Of a stretch of 64,000 bases of DNA, positions 9,887-21,217 are shown one piece after another. Where the stretch lies: assembly GCA_040757775.1 (NCBI GenBank), contig JBFLWQ010000007.1, positions 1,728 through 65,727 on the forward strand, given 5' to 3'. The notes under the pieces were generated by a model. That model was not told the DNA's origin. It saw only the letters and a list, made by a program, of their open reading frames with translations, and did no database searches. How positions within the stretch are numbered: the stretch's first letter is position 1; each line of letters opens with the position of its first letter. The translations under genes were made by a program, and so were the position numbers. This DNA is from Thermodesulfobacteriota bacterium. Lineage in GTDB: Bacteria; Desulfobacterota; UBA8473.

Positions 9887-10570
9887 ATGCAAGCTACTCG
9901 TAACATAGTCATGACGACCGTTCTTATTGCAATGATCTTTCCGACATATGCATTCGGCCAATCCGCGAAAGAGGCAATTCTTGCTCTGAAAAAGCTTCAG
10001 GTAAAAGTTCAAACTGGCATAACTTATAAGGAATACTCACCCGCAGTTGCTGAGGCGAAGTTTCCCGTTATTGTTTTTCTTGAAAGCCCGGAGGGAAAGC
10101 TAGACACTGCATTGTCTGCATATCTTTCAAAAGCTGTACGGCACTATGATAATGCAATTTCAGTCTGGGGAATCAAATTTTCCAGCAGGAGAGTCGAAAG
10201 CCGTATTTACGCTGATAAAAATCGAGAGTTATTCGAAGCAGTAATTAGAATGTACCCAGATTCCCCTGTAAATGTGACTGGGTACACAAAGCAGAGCTAT
10301 ATAGACATCGGGGAAATGTTGTCTTTCATTTGGACGAAAGCCTCTATTGAACTCGAAAAGGCATCAGGGTTATTGGCACAAGTGGAATCTAATGCCAAGG
10401 CTTTGAAGCTAGAAGGCCAATTATTACAAAAGGAAAACGAGCAGTTGAAGGCAGAGATTACTGTAATGAGAACTGAAATTGAACGATTGAAGGTCGAAAA
10501 CAAGAAACTGCAACAAGAAGTTGATACTCTTAAGAGTAAGCCGACTTCTCAAAAGAAGGCAAAACAATGA
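9887..10570 (+). CDS. Secreted protein with C-terminal coiled coil
   Basis: Signal-peptide-like N-terminus (…IFPTYAFG-QS). C-terminal heptad-rich region (LEGQLLQKENEQLKAEITVMRTEIERLKVENKKLQQEVDTLK). Strong RBS AGGAGGTAACAGATG. Confidence 0.45.
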   Translation: MQATRNIVMTTVLIAMIFPTYAFGQSAKEAILALKKLQVKVQTGITYKEYSPAVAEAKFPVIVFLESPEGKLDTALSAYLSKAVRHYDNAISVWGIKFSSRRVESRIYADKNRELFEAVIRMYPDSPVNVTGYTKQSYIDIGEMLSFIWTKASIELEKASGLLAQVESNAKALKLEGQLLQKENEQLKAEITVMRTEIERLKVENKKLQQEVDTLKSKPTSQKKAKQ

Positions 10571-10597
10571 TTTTGACAAGCCAGCTAAACAATACTT

Positions 10598-10629
10598 GGG
10601 GGCGTTGTTTCTAATTAATAAATTACTTT
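10598..10629 (+). repeat. Copy 3 of the 26-30-bp motif (GGGGGCGTTGTTTCTAATTAATAAATTACTTT)
   Basis: Exact 26-mer shared with 8694..8719. Lies 28 nt after the stop of 9887..10570 and is followed by the tandem AATTCTGGGGAATTCTGGGGAC. Confidence 0.7.
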
Positions 10630-10722
10630 GCTGAAATTCTGGGGAATTCTGGGGACACAATACTTAATTATTAACAAGGGAGATTCGGCCTCTAACGTTA
10701 TTACAGTAAACCAATTTTCAAA

Positions 10723-10757
10723 TTGACATTCTCCCATTACGGATATACAATGTATAT
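10723..10757 (+). promoter_or_regulatory. Sigma70-like promoter (TTGACA-17 nt-TACAAT) overlapping a 15-bp palindrome ATATACAATGTATAT; likely mazEF promoter/operator
   Basis: Read directly: -35 at 10723..10728, -10 at 10746..10751, palindrome at 10743..10757, about 25 nt upstream of the mazE start. Confidence 0.5.
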
Positions 10758-10780
10758 TATACGTGTAAGGAGGCATAAAT

Positions 10781-11032
10781 ATGCAAGATAATATGGAGTT
10801 ACAAATTGGGAAATGGGGGAATTCGCTTGGTATTCGACTTCCAAAGCATGTATTAGAATCACTCCATCTGGGTGTAAAAGATCGGGTCAGTTGCTCATTA
10901 GAGGATGGAAAATTGATTTTAAAGCCTTTGTCTCACCAAAAGAAATACACATTAGAAGCGTTGCTCGCCCAAGTGCAAGAACCCGGTGTAGAAGTTTCAT
11001 GGGGTAAACCTGAAGGAGAGGAAGTTTGGTAG
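10781..11032 (+). CDS. mazE: MazE-type antitoxin (SpoVT/AbrB fold)
   Basis: MQDNMELQIGKWGNSLGIRLPKHVLESL... is the typical MazE/PemI swapped-hairpin antitoxin. Overlaps the downstream mazF by 7 nt. Confidence 0.8.
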   Translation: MQDNMELQIGKWGNSLGIRLPKHVLESLHLGVKDRVSCSLEDGKLILKPLSHQKKYTLEALLAQVQEPGVEVSWGKPEGEEVW

Positions 11033-11361
11033 ACTATACCCCAAAACGCGGAGATTTTATTCGCCTTAATTTTGATCCACAAGCTGGACATGAACAAAAG
11101 GGAAGCAGACCAGCTTTAGTCGTAAGTCATAGCGCTTTTAATGAAAAAATGGGGTTCGTTTTTGTTTGTCCCATCAGCAACACAAAACGTAAAAATCCAT
11201 TTTATGTAGCCATACCCAAAGGTAAAAAAGTTACAGGGATGATCATGGCAGATCAGTTGCGTTCGCTTGATTACGGAGCTAGAAATGCGGCCTACATTAG
11301 CAAATGTCCAGAAGAACTACTACATGAAGTCTTAATGCGTATAGACCCTATAATGTTCTAA
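11026..11361 (+). CDS. mazF: MazF/PemK-type endoribonuclease toxin
   Basis: 111 aa: ...YTPKRGDFIRLNFDPQAGHEQKGSRPALVVS...MIMADQLRSLD is classic MazF. Probable TTG start overlapping the mazE stop. Confidence 0.8.
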   Translation: MVDYTPKRGDFIRLNFDPQAGHEQKGSRPALVVSHSAFNEKMGFVFVCPISNTKRKNPFYVAIPKGKKVTGMIMADQLRSLDYGARNAAYISKCPEELLHEVLMRIDPIMF

Positions 11362-11407
11362 CTTACATGTATTGTAGTCGCCGCATTAGGGCGCATGAGA
11401 CCCATTA

Positions 11408-11956
11408 ATGAACACATCAGAAAAAGTCTGGCAAGAATATCATTCAAGGCTGCGTGCGTTTATTAAGAGCAGAATTATAGATGACGCGGCGACCGATGAC
11501 ACTCTTCAGAACGTATTTCTGAAAATGCATGCCGGATTGGATTCCCTGAAGGATGAGACAAAGCTGCAAAGCTGGCTCTACCAAATTGCAAGAAACGCTA
11601 TCATCGACTATTTCAGGTCGCAGAAGCCCACCGTAGATATTCCTGAGTGGCTCCCGCAACCCGAAACCGATCCCAGCGAAAAGGTCACACAAGAGTTGTC
11701 GGAATGCCTGCAACCCATGATACAATTGCTGCCCGAGAACTATCGGGAGGCGGTCATTCTCTCCGAATTAAGAGGATTGACGCAGAAGGAAGTTGCCAAA
11801 TTGCAGGGCATTTCCCTTTCCGGAGCCAAATCCCGAATACAACGGGGGCGTACCCTTTTGAAAAACATGCTGGCAGAGTGCTGTCGTTTTGAGTTCGATC
11901 ATAGTGGACGGCTCTGTGATTATAAACGAAAAGGTAAGGCTTGTGATACCTGTTGA
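11408..11956 (+). CDS. ECF-type RNA polymerase sigma-70 factor with Cys-rich C-terminal tail (SigZ-like)
   Basis: Sigma-70 region 2 (…LQNVFLKMHAGL…WLYQIARNAIIDYFR) and region 4 (LSELRGLTQKEVAKLQGISLSGAKSRIQRGR). Terminal CCRFEFDHSGRLCDYKRKGKACDTC. GC-rich relative to flanks. Confidence 0.75.
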   Translation: MNTSEKVWQEYHSRLRAFIKSRIIDDAATDDTLQNVFLKMHAGLDSLKDETKLQSWLYQIARNAIIDYFRSQKPTVDIPEWLPQPETDPSEKVTQELSECLQPMIQLLPENYREAVILSELRGLTQKEVAKLQGISLSGAKSRIQRGRTLLKNMLAECCRFEFDHSGRLCDYKRKGKACDTC

Positions 11957-12044
11957 CCATCGGATACAGATCGTTTGCGTCTTTTTTGATCTTTTTCCGT
12001 CTATAGGGTGAGCGTTGCTCATTAACCCCATAGAGGAGGTTTAA

Positions 12045-12851
12045 ATGGACAAGCAAAAGAATGACGAGATTCGCAGTGCGGTTCGGGAGAATTACGGAAA
12101 GGTTGCTGCATCAGGGCGGGCTGGTTGCGGCTGCTCTACCTCATCCTGTTGTGTAACACCCAATGATGTGACGTCAGCGGATATTTCGCTTGGCTTGGGT
12201 TACTCTTGCGAGGATGTGACCGCTGTGCCGGAAGGAGCAAACTTGGGACTTGGGTGTGGCAATCCGCAGGCCATCGCCTCCTTGCAACCCGGCGAAACGG
12301 TGCTCGACCTGGGTAGCGGCGGAGGATTCGACTGTTTCCTGGCGGTGCGGGCCGTTGGGGATAAGGGACTTGTCATCGGTGTTGACATGACGCCGGAGAT
12401 GATCACCAAATCCCGCCGGAACGCGGAGAAAGCCAGCCTCTGGAACGTCGATTTTCGGCTGGGAGAGCTGGAAAACCTTCCGGTTGCCGATGGAATTATT
12501 GATGTCATCATTTCGAATTGCGTAATCAACCTTTCTCCCGAGAAAGAAAGGGTTTTCAGCGAGGCTTTCCGAGTATTGAAACCGGGTGGACGATTGGCGA
12601 TTTCCGATGTTGTTGCAACCGCTGAACTGCCAGAGGACATTAAAAAAGATATGGCATTCCACACCGGATGTATAGCGGGTGCATCTTCTGTCGAAGAACT
12701 CCAATCTATGTTGCAACGAACCGGTTTCGAGAACATTCAGATCAAACCAAAAGAGGAAAGCAGGACATTTATCCGTAACTGGATGCCTGGAAGCAAGATC
12801 GAGGACTATGTGCTTTCGGCAACTATTGAGGGAGTGAAACCCCGGGTCTGA
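12045..12851 (+). CDS. arsM: Arsenite S-adenosylmethionine methyltransferase (ArsM-like)
   Basis: SAM-binding motif VLDLGSGGGFD. Conserved Cys pairs (GCGCS...CC; ...NCVINL). GC-rich; strong RBS AGAGGAGGTTTAAATG. Confidence 0.75.
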   Translation: MDKQKNDEIRSAVRENYGKVAASGRAGCGCSTSSCCVTPNDVTSADISLGLGYSCEDVTAVPEGANLGLGCGNPQAIASLQPGETVLDLGSGGGFDCFLAVRAVGDKGLVIGVDMTPEMITKSRRNAEKASLWNVDFRLGELENLPVADGIIDVIISNCVINLSPEKERVFSEAFRVLKPGGRLAISDVVATAELPEDIKKDMAFHTGCIAGASSVEELQSMLQRTGFENIQIKPKEESRTFIRNWMPGSKIEDYVLSATIEGVKPRV

Positions 12852-13049
12852 CAGGCAGGCGTTTAGCTTTTACACAAGAAGATTGCGGTAGCCCGATATA
12901 AAGATTCATATACCCAGAGAAAGCTCATCCCCATCTTTCTTGAAAAACAAATCCCACCAAGAGGACAAAATCGCTAAAATGAAACTTACATGCCTCAAAG
13001 AGACACAAAGAATAAGTAAAATGTCTTTGCGAGGAGATCGCCATAGGCG

Positions 13050-13164
13050 AACAGCCCCTACAACAGCACACTTAAGTGTGCTGTTGTTAAGAATGGGATT
13101 GCTTAATCCGCCTCTGGCGGATTCGCAATGACAGGAATAGGTACATTTTCAAGTGAAAGAATCT
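13050..13164 (+). repeat. R-element copy 1: 26-bp perfect palindrome CAACAGCACACTTAAGTGTGCTGTTG (13061..13086) + hairpin AATCCGCC-TCTG-GGCGGATT + conserved leader running into the rsmG start
   Basis: About 85% identical over ~100 bp to 44196..44311, including the stretch AATGACAGGAATAGGT..ATTTTCAA(G/A)TGAAAGAA that carries the start codon. Confidence 0.75.
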
Positions 13165-13809
13165 ATAGAGGGAATCCTTTATAAAGGGGCAAATGCAATA
13201 AATGTCTCTTTGACCCCCAGGGAGATTGAACTATTTAAAACTTACCTGATGGAGCTAAAGAGGTGGAGTTCTAAAATAAATATTACCGCCATACACGATG
13301 ACATAGAAATTGTGGTCAAACATTTCATTGACTCTCTTTCCCCGTTGAACTATATACCCCAAAACTCCTCCTTGCTGGACATTGGTTCAGGAGGGGGGTT
13401 CCCAGGTATACCTTTGAAGATTGCAAATCCGTCTTTATCTGTTACTTTGCTCGATTCTACCCTGAAGAAGGTAAACTTCCAAAAACAAATAATAAGACTA
13501 CTACAACTGAATAATATTAAAGCAGTGCATGGAAGGGCCGAAGATAAAAGCTCCTACAGAAAAACGGATTCACCTTTTGACGTGGTTATTTCAAGGGCAT
13601 TTTCAGGTTTAGGGAAATTTTTAGCTATAGGAGAACCCTATTTAAAGAGAGACGGGCTCCTGATAGCTATGCGTGGAAGGGGGGCAAAAAGAGAACTGGC
13701 TGTAAATGAAGAGGTGTTGACATGTCTGAGGCTAAAGCTTGTTAACATAGTTGAATTTAACTTGCCGTACTTAAATGAAAAGAGAAAGCTTATCGTACTT
13801 ACTAAATAG
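13153..13809 (+). CDS. rsmG: 16S rRNA (guanine527-N7)-methyltransferase RsmG
   Basis: GidB family: ...LKRWSSKINITAI..., SAM motif LLDIGSGGGFPGIPL. GTG start lies inside the R-element. Confidence 0.9.
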   Translation: MKESIEGILYKGANAINVSLTPREIELFKTYLMELKRWSSKINITAIHDDIEIVVKHFIDSLSPLNYIPQNSSLLDIGSGGGFPGIPLKIANPSLSVTLLDSTLKKVNFQKQIIRLLQLNNIKAVHGRAEDKSSYRKTDSPFDVVISRAFSGLGKFLAIGEPYLKRDGLLIAMRGRGAKRELAVNEEVLTCLRLKLVNIVEFNLPYLNEKRKLIVLTK

Positions 13810-14017
13810 TTCATCCTGAAAAATTCCCTTTTCCGCTCTCTGGTGCAGGTTTTTTGACCCATCTATGACTTGCTCCAGGCATTTTCAGGAACTCTCCGCC
13901 TTTAGCGGATCAAACACCTGAAAATGCTTATCTTCCGCTTTATCAAGATGGGTACCCCAAAAATCCTGCTCATGTTTGCTCCAAAAGAAATTTTTCATTT
14001 TTCAGGGTGGACTAAAT
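13803..14017 (-). mobile_element. MITE-like element copy A (~215 bp) with ~16-bp terminal inverted repeats AGTTCAYCCTGAAAAA / TTTTTCAGGGTGGACT and flanking ACTAAATA
   Basis: Reverse complement is ~85% identical over its length to 51739..51956. Inserted exactly at the rsmG stop codon. No conserved ORF. Confidence 0.65.
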
Positions 14018-14138
14018 ACTCTATTGAAGACTCACCTGTCTGCTAAGAATATAATCTTCCAGTATATAATTTCCCTACATTTTTATAGCGTTTCAGCCAC
14101 TTTAGAAAAGGCATTCAGGTGATCTCTAAAAAGCAAAA

Positions 14139-14154
14139 AGTTCCACGTGAAACA
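14139..14154. promoter_or_regulatory. parS-like centromere site AGTTCCACGTGAAACA
   Basis: One mismatch from the canonical parS TGTTNCACGTGAAACA. Located ~90 bp upstream of parA. Confidence 0.5.
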
Positions 14155-14244
14155 TCCGATTTCCCCTTTTCAAAGGATACATTCTGTGTTATTATTCAAT
14201 AAAATCCTTCTTTTCCCCTTAAATAAATAAGAAATATCATCTAA

Positions 14245-15006
14245 ATGAGAAAAATTATCTGTATAGCCAATCAAAAAGGTGGAGTCGGCAAAACCACTAC
14301 AGCCGTTAACCTGGCTGCTTCTCTTGCTGTGGCTGAAAAGCAGACTCTTTTGGTCGATATAGACCCTCAAGGAAACGCTTCTAGCGGGGTCGGTCTTAAC
14401 AAAGATGAGATTAAAGAGAATATCTATCATGCCCTTATGGAAGATAAGGATGTTGAGGATGTCATAAAAAAGACAGAATTGACTTTCCTCGATGTATTAC
14501 CCTCAAATATTGATCTTACAGGAGCTGAGATCGAACTGGTCAACCTCCCTTCAAGGGAGTTAAGACTCTGTAAGATCATTCAAAAAATAGAAAATAGGTA
14601 CGATTATATTCTCATTGACTGCCCTCCGTCCCTGGGTTTGCTGACTCTCAATTCTCTTGCGGCGGCTGACTCGATACTAATGCCTGTTCAGTGTGAATAC
14701 TATGCCCTGGAAGGCTTAAGCAGGCTTTTGAGGACGGTGCAGCTGGTTAAAAAACGTTTAAATCCCAGGCTGGAAATCGAAGGATTCCTATTGACTATGT
14801 TTGATAACCGGAATAATCTCTCTCAACAGGTTGCCGAAGAAGTAAGAACACACTTCAAGAATAAGGTCTTTAATGTCATTATACCAAGAAATGTAAAGTT
14901 GGCTGAATGCCCAAGTTTTGGTAAACCAATTTTAATCTATGATATAAACTGTAAGGGGGCAAGGAGCTATTTACAATTGGCAGAAGAAATTATGATGGCT
15001 TTGTAA
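14245..15006 (+). CDS. parA: Chromosome partitioning ATPase ParA/Soj
   Basis: Deviant Walker A KGGVGKTT; 253 aa; followed by parB. Confidence 0.95.
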   Translation: MRKIICIANQKGGVGKTTTAVNLAASLAVAEKQTLLVDIDPQGNASSGVGLNKDEIKENIYHALMEDKDVEDVIKKTELTFLDVLPSNIDLTGAEIELVNLPSRELRLCKIIQKIENRYDYILIDCPPSLGLLTLNSLAAADSILMPVQCEYYALEGLSRLLRTVQLVKKRLNPRLEIEGFLLTMFDNRNNLSQQVAEEVRTHFKNKVFNVIIPRNVKLAECPSFGKPILIYDINCKGARSYLQLAEEIMMAL

Positions 15007-15054
15007 AAAGTCCATCTGCTGCGTTGTGCTGCATCCTTCGTTATTGCGGCGTAC

Positions 15055-15092
15055 CCCTAAGTAGGGGCACGGTGACCGTGCCCCTACTTCTC
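15055..15092. repeat. GC-rich perfect hairpin AGTAGGGGCACGG-TGAC-CCGTGCCCCTACT (REP-like) in the parA-parB spacer
   Basis: 13-bp perfect stem read directly from the unusually long (~185 bp) parA-parB intergenic region. Confidence 0.5.
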
Positions 15093-15190
15093 AGGATTTG
15101 CACACCTTGCATCTGGAGCTTTTTACTTTGCCATCCCAATTTTGACTTTTTACGAGTTCATCAAATTATGAATAACGGAAGGACGAAGTA

Positions 15191-16042
15191 GTGACAAAGA
15201 GAAAGGTACTAGGGAAGGGATTGGGGGCATTGATCCCGGACATTAACCAGTATGATGACAAAAACAACTATGTTTACTGCAATGTGGAAGACATTCAACC
15301 CAATAAATTTCAGCCAAGAAAAGGATTTGATGAAGACAGGATAGAAGACCTCGTTGTCTCGATAAAAGAGAAGGGAATTATTCAGCCCTTAATCGTCAGA
15401 GATATTGGAGATGGTTATGAGTTGATTGCGGGAGAAAGAAGATGGCGGGCTGCCAAAATCGCTGGTATCACAGAAGTTCCTGTAATTGTAAAGAAGGCTT
15501 CCGATACTGAAGTCCTGGAACTTTCTTTGATTGAGAATATCCAAAGGGAAGACCTGAATGCCCTGGAAGAGGCGGAAGCATACAAACGACTCACAGAGGA
15601 ATTTACCCTGTCTCAAGAAGAGATTGCAAAAAGGGTTGGGAAGAATAGGTCTACAATTACCAACTACCTTCGTTTATTAAAACTTCCCCCGGAGATAAGG
15701 GATGGTCTGTCAAGAGATGTTGTCACAATGGGACATGCAAGGGCATTCCTGAGCCTGGGAACCCCGGCTAAGCAGAGAGAGGCTTACAGACAAGTTTTAA
15801 AGAGGGGGCTTTCCGTCAGGCAGACAGAGAGCATGGTCAGGGAATTGAAAAAGGAGAAAAAAAATAAACCACTAAAAAGAGACAAGGATATCCATTTAGA
15901 CTCCATTAAAAATGAGCTTATAAAGCGATTTGGGACGCAGGTAAAGATAGTTGCCAGAAAAGGGGGAAGGGGAAAGATAGAAATCGAGTTTTATTCCCTG
16001 GATGACCTGGACAGGATTATAGAAACATTAAAGGGACGGTAA
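15191..16042 (+). CDS. parB: Chromosome partitioning protein ParB/Spo0J
   Basis: ParB box GERRWRAAKIAG and HTH region; GTG start. Confidence 0.9.
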   Translation: MTKRKVLGKGLGALIPDINQYDDKNNYVYCNVEDIQPNKFQPRKGFDEDRIEDLVVSIKEKGIIQPLIVRDIGDGYELIAGERRWRAAKIAGITEVPVIVKKASDTEVLELSLIENIQREDLNALEEAEAYKRLTEEFTLSQEEIAKRVGKNRSTITNYLRLLKLPPEIRDGLSRDVVTMGHARAFLSLGTPAKQREAYRQVLKRGLSVRQTESMVRELKKEKKNKPLKRDKDIHLDSIKNELIKRFGTQVKIVARKGGRGKIEIEFYSLDDLDRIIETLKGR

Positions 16043-16202
16043 CCCCATAATTACCAAACTCTAACTTCAGTGTAGGTTCCTTGACACAAGCCATGAGCAA
16101 CAATCCGCTCAGGGCTTTCCGGAGTTTAATTCAAGGTTTTTATACCATATGTAGTATTTTAATTTACTTTTACTACATTATGTTGTAAACTAGAAAATGT
16201 TA

Positions 16203-18680
<2,478 letters not shown>

Positions 18681-18763
18681 GTTTTAATTTTATATATAAT
18701 ATCCCCCCTATCTCGCTGAAAGCTGACGGCTGAGCGCTTATCATAAAAACCCTTGAGGAGCAT

Positions 18764-21196
18764 ATGCATTTACAACAGCAGAAGATACCTGTAAACATCG
18801 AAGATGAAATGAAAAAATCCTATATGGATTATGCAATGAGCGTCATTGTAGGCAGGGCACTGCCCGACGTGAGAGACGGATTAAAACCCGTACATCGAAG
18901 AATTCTCTATGCTATGAATGAGATGGGTAATGATTGGAATAAGCCGTATAAGAAATCCGCCAGGATTGTCGGTGATGTTATTGGAAAGTATCATCCCCAT
19001 GGTGATGCAGCTGTGTATGATACTATAGTCCGTATGGCCCAGGATTTTTCAATGCGATATCCTTTGATTGATGGGCAGGGGAATTTTGGTTCCGTAGATG
19101 GAGATCCGCCAGCAGCCATGAGATATACAGAGATAAGGATGACCCGACTGGCATCAGAACTTCTGGCGGATATTGAGAAAGAGACCGTTGATTTTGTCCC
19201 AAATTATGACAATTCCCTTACGGAGCCCACAGTCCTTCCAGCAAAACTGCCAGATTTGTTGATTAATGGTTCTTCTGGAATTGCTGTTGGAATGGCCACA
19301 AATATACCGCCTCACAACCTGGTAGAAGTGATAGATGGAATTATTGCCATGATAGAGGACCCGGATATTAGCATCTATGACTTAATGAGGCTGGTTTCAG
19401 GACCTGATTTCCCTACCGCCGGATTCATTTGTGGCAAAAATGGCATAAAAGAAGCCTATAAAACCGGAAAGGGAATAATACATATAAGGGCCAGGGCAAT
19501 TATTGAAAGAAATAAGGACAGCGGTAAGGAAAGTATCGTAATTTCAGAGCTTCCTTACCAGGTTAATAAAGCAAGGCTGATTGAAAGCATAGCTGAGCTG
19601 TCAAGAAAAAAGAAGATAGAAGGAATCTCCGAACTTAGAGATGAATCAGATAGGGAGGGAATACGGATAGTTATTGAATTAAAGAGGGATGAAATTTCGA
19701 AGGTTATCCTTAATCAACTCTATCAATACACCCAAATGCAGATTAGCTTTGGCATAATAATCCTGGCCATAGTTGGAGGACAACCAAGGCTTTTAAATTT
19801 AAAAGAGGTCTTATACCATTTTTTAAACCATCGGAAAGAGATCGTCATAAGAAGGACTTCTTTTGAATTAAAGAAAGCAGAGAACAAGGCCCATATCCTT
19901 GAGGGGTTAAGGGTTGCACTGGAAAACCTGGACAAAGTCATAGCCCTTATCAAGTCCTCCGCTAACCCAAAGGTCGCCAAGGAATGCCTTATGGATAGAT
20001 TTTCTTTGTCTGATATTCAGGCTCAGGCAATCCTGGATATGAGGTTACAAAGACTCACTGCACTGGAACAGGAAAAAATCATAGAAGACTATATGGAGGT
20101 TCTGAAGCTAATAGAAAAATACAGACAGATCCTGGCAAATGAAAGACTGGTTTTGGATATCATTATAGAAGAGCTAACGGTATTAAAGCAGATGTATGGT
20201 GATGAGAGGCAAACAGAGATTATAGAAGAGGATACCGAAATTAGTCTGGAAGACATGATCGTTGAGGAAGACATGGTGGTAACCATTACCCATACTGGCT
20301 ATATAAAGAGAAACTCCATATCTCTTTATCGAAGTCAAAGGCGTGGTGGAAAAGGTAAGATAGGGATAACCACTAACGATACAGATTTTGTTGAACATCT
20401 GTTCGTTGCTTCGACCAGAGAATTTATGCTTTTTTTTACAGATAAAGGTAAGGTCTTTTGGCTAAAGGTCTATGAGATTCCCCAGGCGGGGAGGGTATCC
20501 CGTGGTAAGGCTATTGTAAATCTGCTGAACCTGAGTTCTGATGAAAATATCTCTGCAATCCTGCCTGTACGAGAATTTAAAGACAACAAATTTGTTACCA
20601 TGGTAACAAGGAATGGGATTATAAAGAAGACCCCTCTCGTTGCTTATAGCCACCCCCGTGCCAACGGGATAATCGCTATAAATATTGATGAAGGAGATCG
20701 GCTAATCTCTGTAAGGCTGACCGATGGAACACAGGATATCTTCCTCTGTACTAAATCAGGAAAATCTATAAGATTTAAAGAGTCTCAGGTCAGGAGCATG
20801 GGAAGGGTAGTCAGAGGCGTCAAGGGCATCAAACTGAACAAGGATGATGTGCTCGTTGGCATGGAAATCATAAACAATGATACTACCATTCTTGCCGTCA
20901 CTGAAAATGGTTTTGGAAAAAGGACAAAGGGTTCAGAGTACAAAGCTCAAAGGAGAGGTGGTTCAGGTGTAATTACAATAAAAGCTACCCTAAGGAATGG
21001 ACCTGTCGTTGGTATAAAACAGGTAACCGACCAGGACGATTTAATGCTTATTACTAATGGAGGAAAGATTATCAGAATTAGTGCTAAAGACATTTCGATT
21101 ATAGGAAGAAACACTCAGGGGGTAACGTTGATTGATGTAGACAAGGAAGAAAAAGTTGTTGGCGTAGCCAGATTAGCTGATAATGAGCAAGGATAA
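18764..21196 (+). CDS. gyrA: DNA gyrase subunit A
   Basis: 810 aa; active-site region (AMRYTEIRM) and a C-terminal beta-pinwheel. Confidence 0.95.
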   Translation: MHLQQQKIPVNIEDEMKKSYMDYAMSVIVGRALPDVRDGLKPVHRRILYAMNEMGNDWNKPYKKSARIVGDVIGKYHPHGDAAVYDTIVRMAQDFSMRYPLIDGQGNFGSVDGDPPAAMRYTEIRMTRLASELLADIEKETVDFVPNYDNSLTEPTVLPAKLPDLLINGSSGIAVGMATNIPPHNLVEVIDGIIAMIEDPDISIYDLMRLVSGPDFPTAGFICGKNGIKEAYKTGKGIIHIRARAIIERNKDSGKESIVISELPYQVNKARLIESIAELSRKKKIEGISELRDESDREGIRIVIELKRDEISKVILNQLYQYTQMQISFGIIILAIVGGQPRLLNLKEVLYHFLNHRKEIVIRRTSFELKKAENKAHILEGLRVALENLDKVIALIKSSANPKVAKECLMDRFSLSDIQAQAILDMRLQRLTALEQEKIIEDYMEVLKLIEKYRQILANERLVLDIIIEELTVLKQMYGDERQTEIIEEDTEISLEDMIVEEDMVVTITHTGYIKRNSISLYRSQRRGGKGKIGITTNDTDFVEHLFVASTREFMLFFTDKGKVFWLKVYEIPQAGRVSRGKAIVNLLNLSSDENISAILPVREFKDNKFVTMVTRNGIIKKTPLVAYSHPRANGIIAINIDEGDRLISVRLTDGTQDIFLCTKSGKSIRFKESQVRSMGRVVRGVKGIKLNKDDVLVGMEIINNDTTILAVTENGFGKRTKGSEYKAQRRGGSGVITIKATLRNGPVVGIKQVTDQDDLMLITNGGKIIRISAKDISIIGRNTQGVTLIDVDKEEKVVGVARLADNEQG

Positions 21197-21217
21197 ACAG
21201 AATAAAAAAAGGAAACA

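Noticed and set aside
12174-12736. Two long minus-strand ORFs (180 and 178 aa) inside arsM
   Set aside because: GC-rich DNA produces long spurious antisense ORFs; the sense strand encodes a clear ArsM with SAM motif and RBS.
12940-13131. 63-aa ORF between arsM and rsmG
   Set aside because: It runs through the conserved palindrome/hairpin R-element, which is also present, non-coding, upstream of amrS. The translation is not conserved between copies.
16043-16202. AT-rich parB-gyrB spacer considered as oriC
   Set aside because: No convincing DnaA-box cluster was seen by eye and dnaA is 46 kb away; the call cannot be supported without skew analysis.
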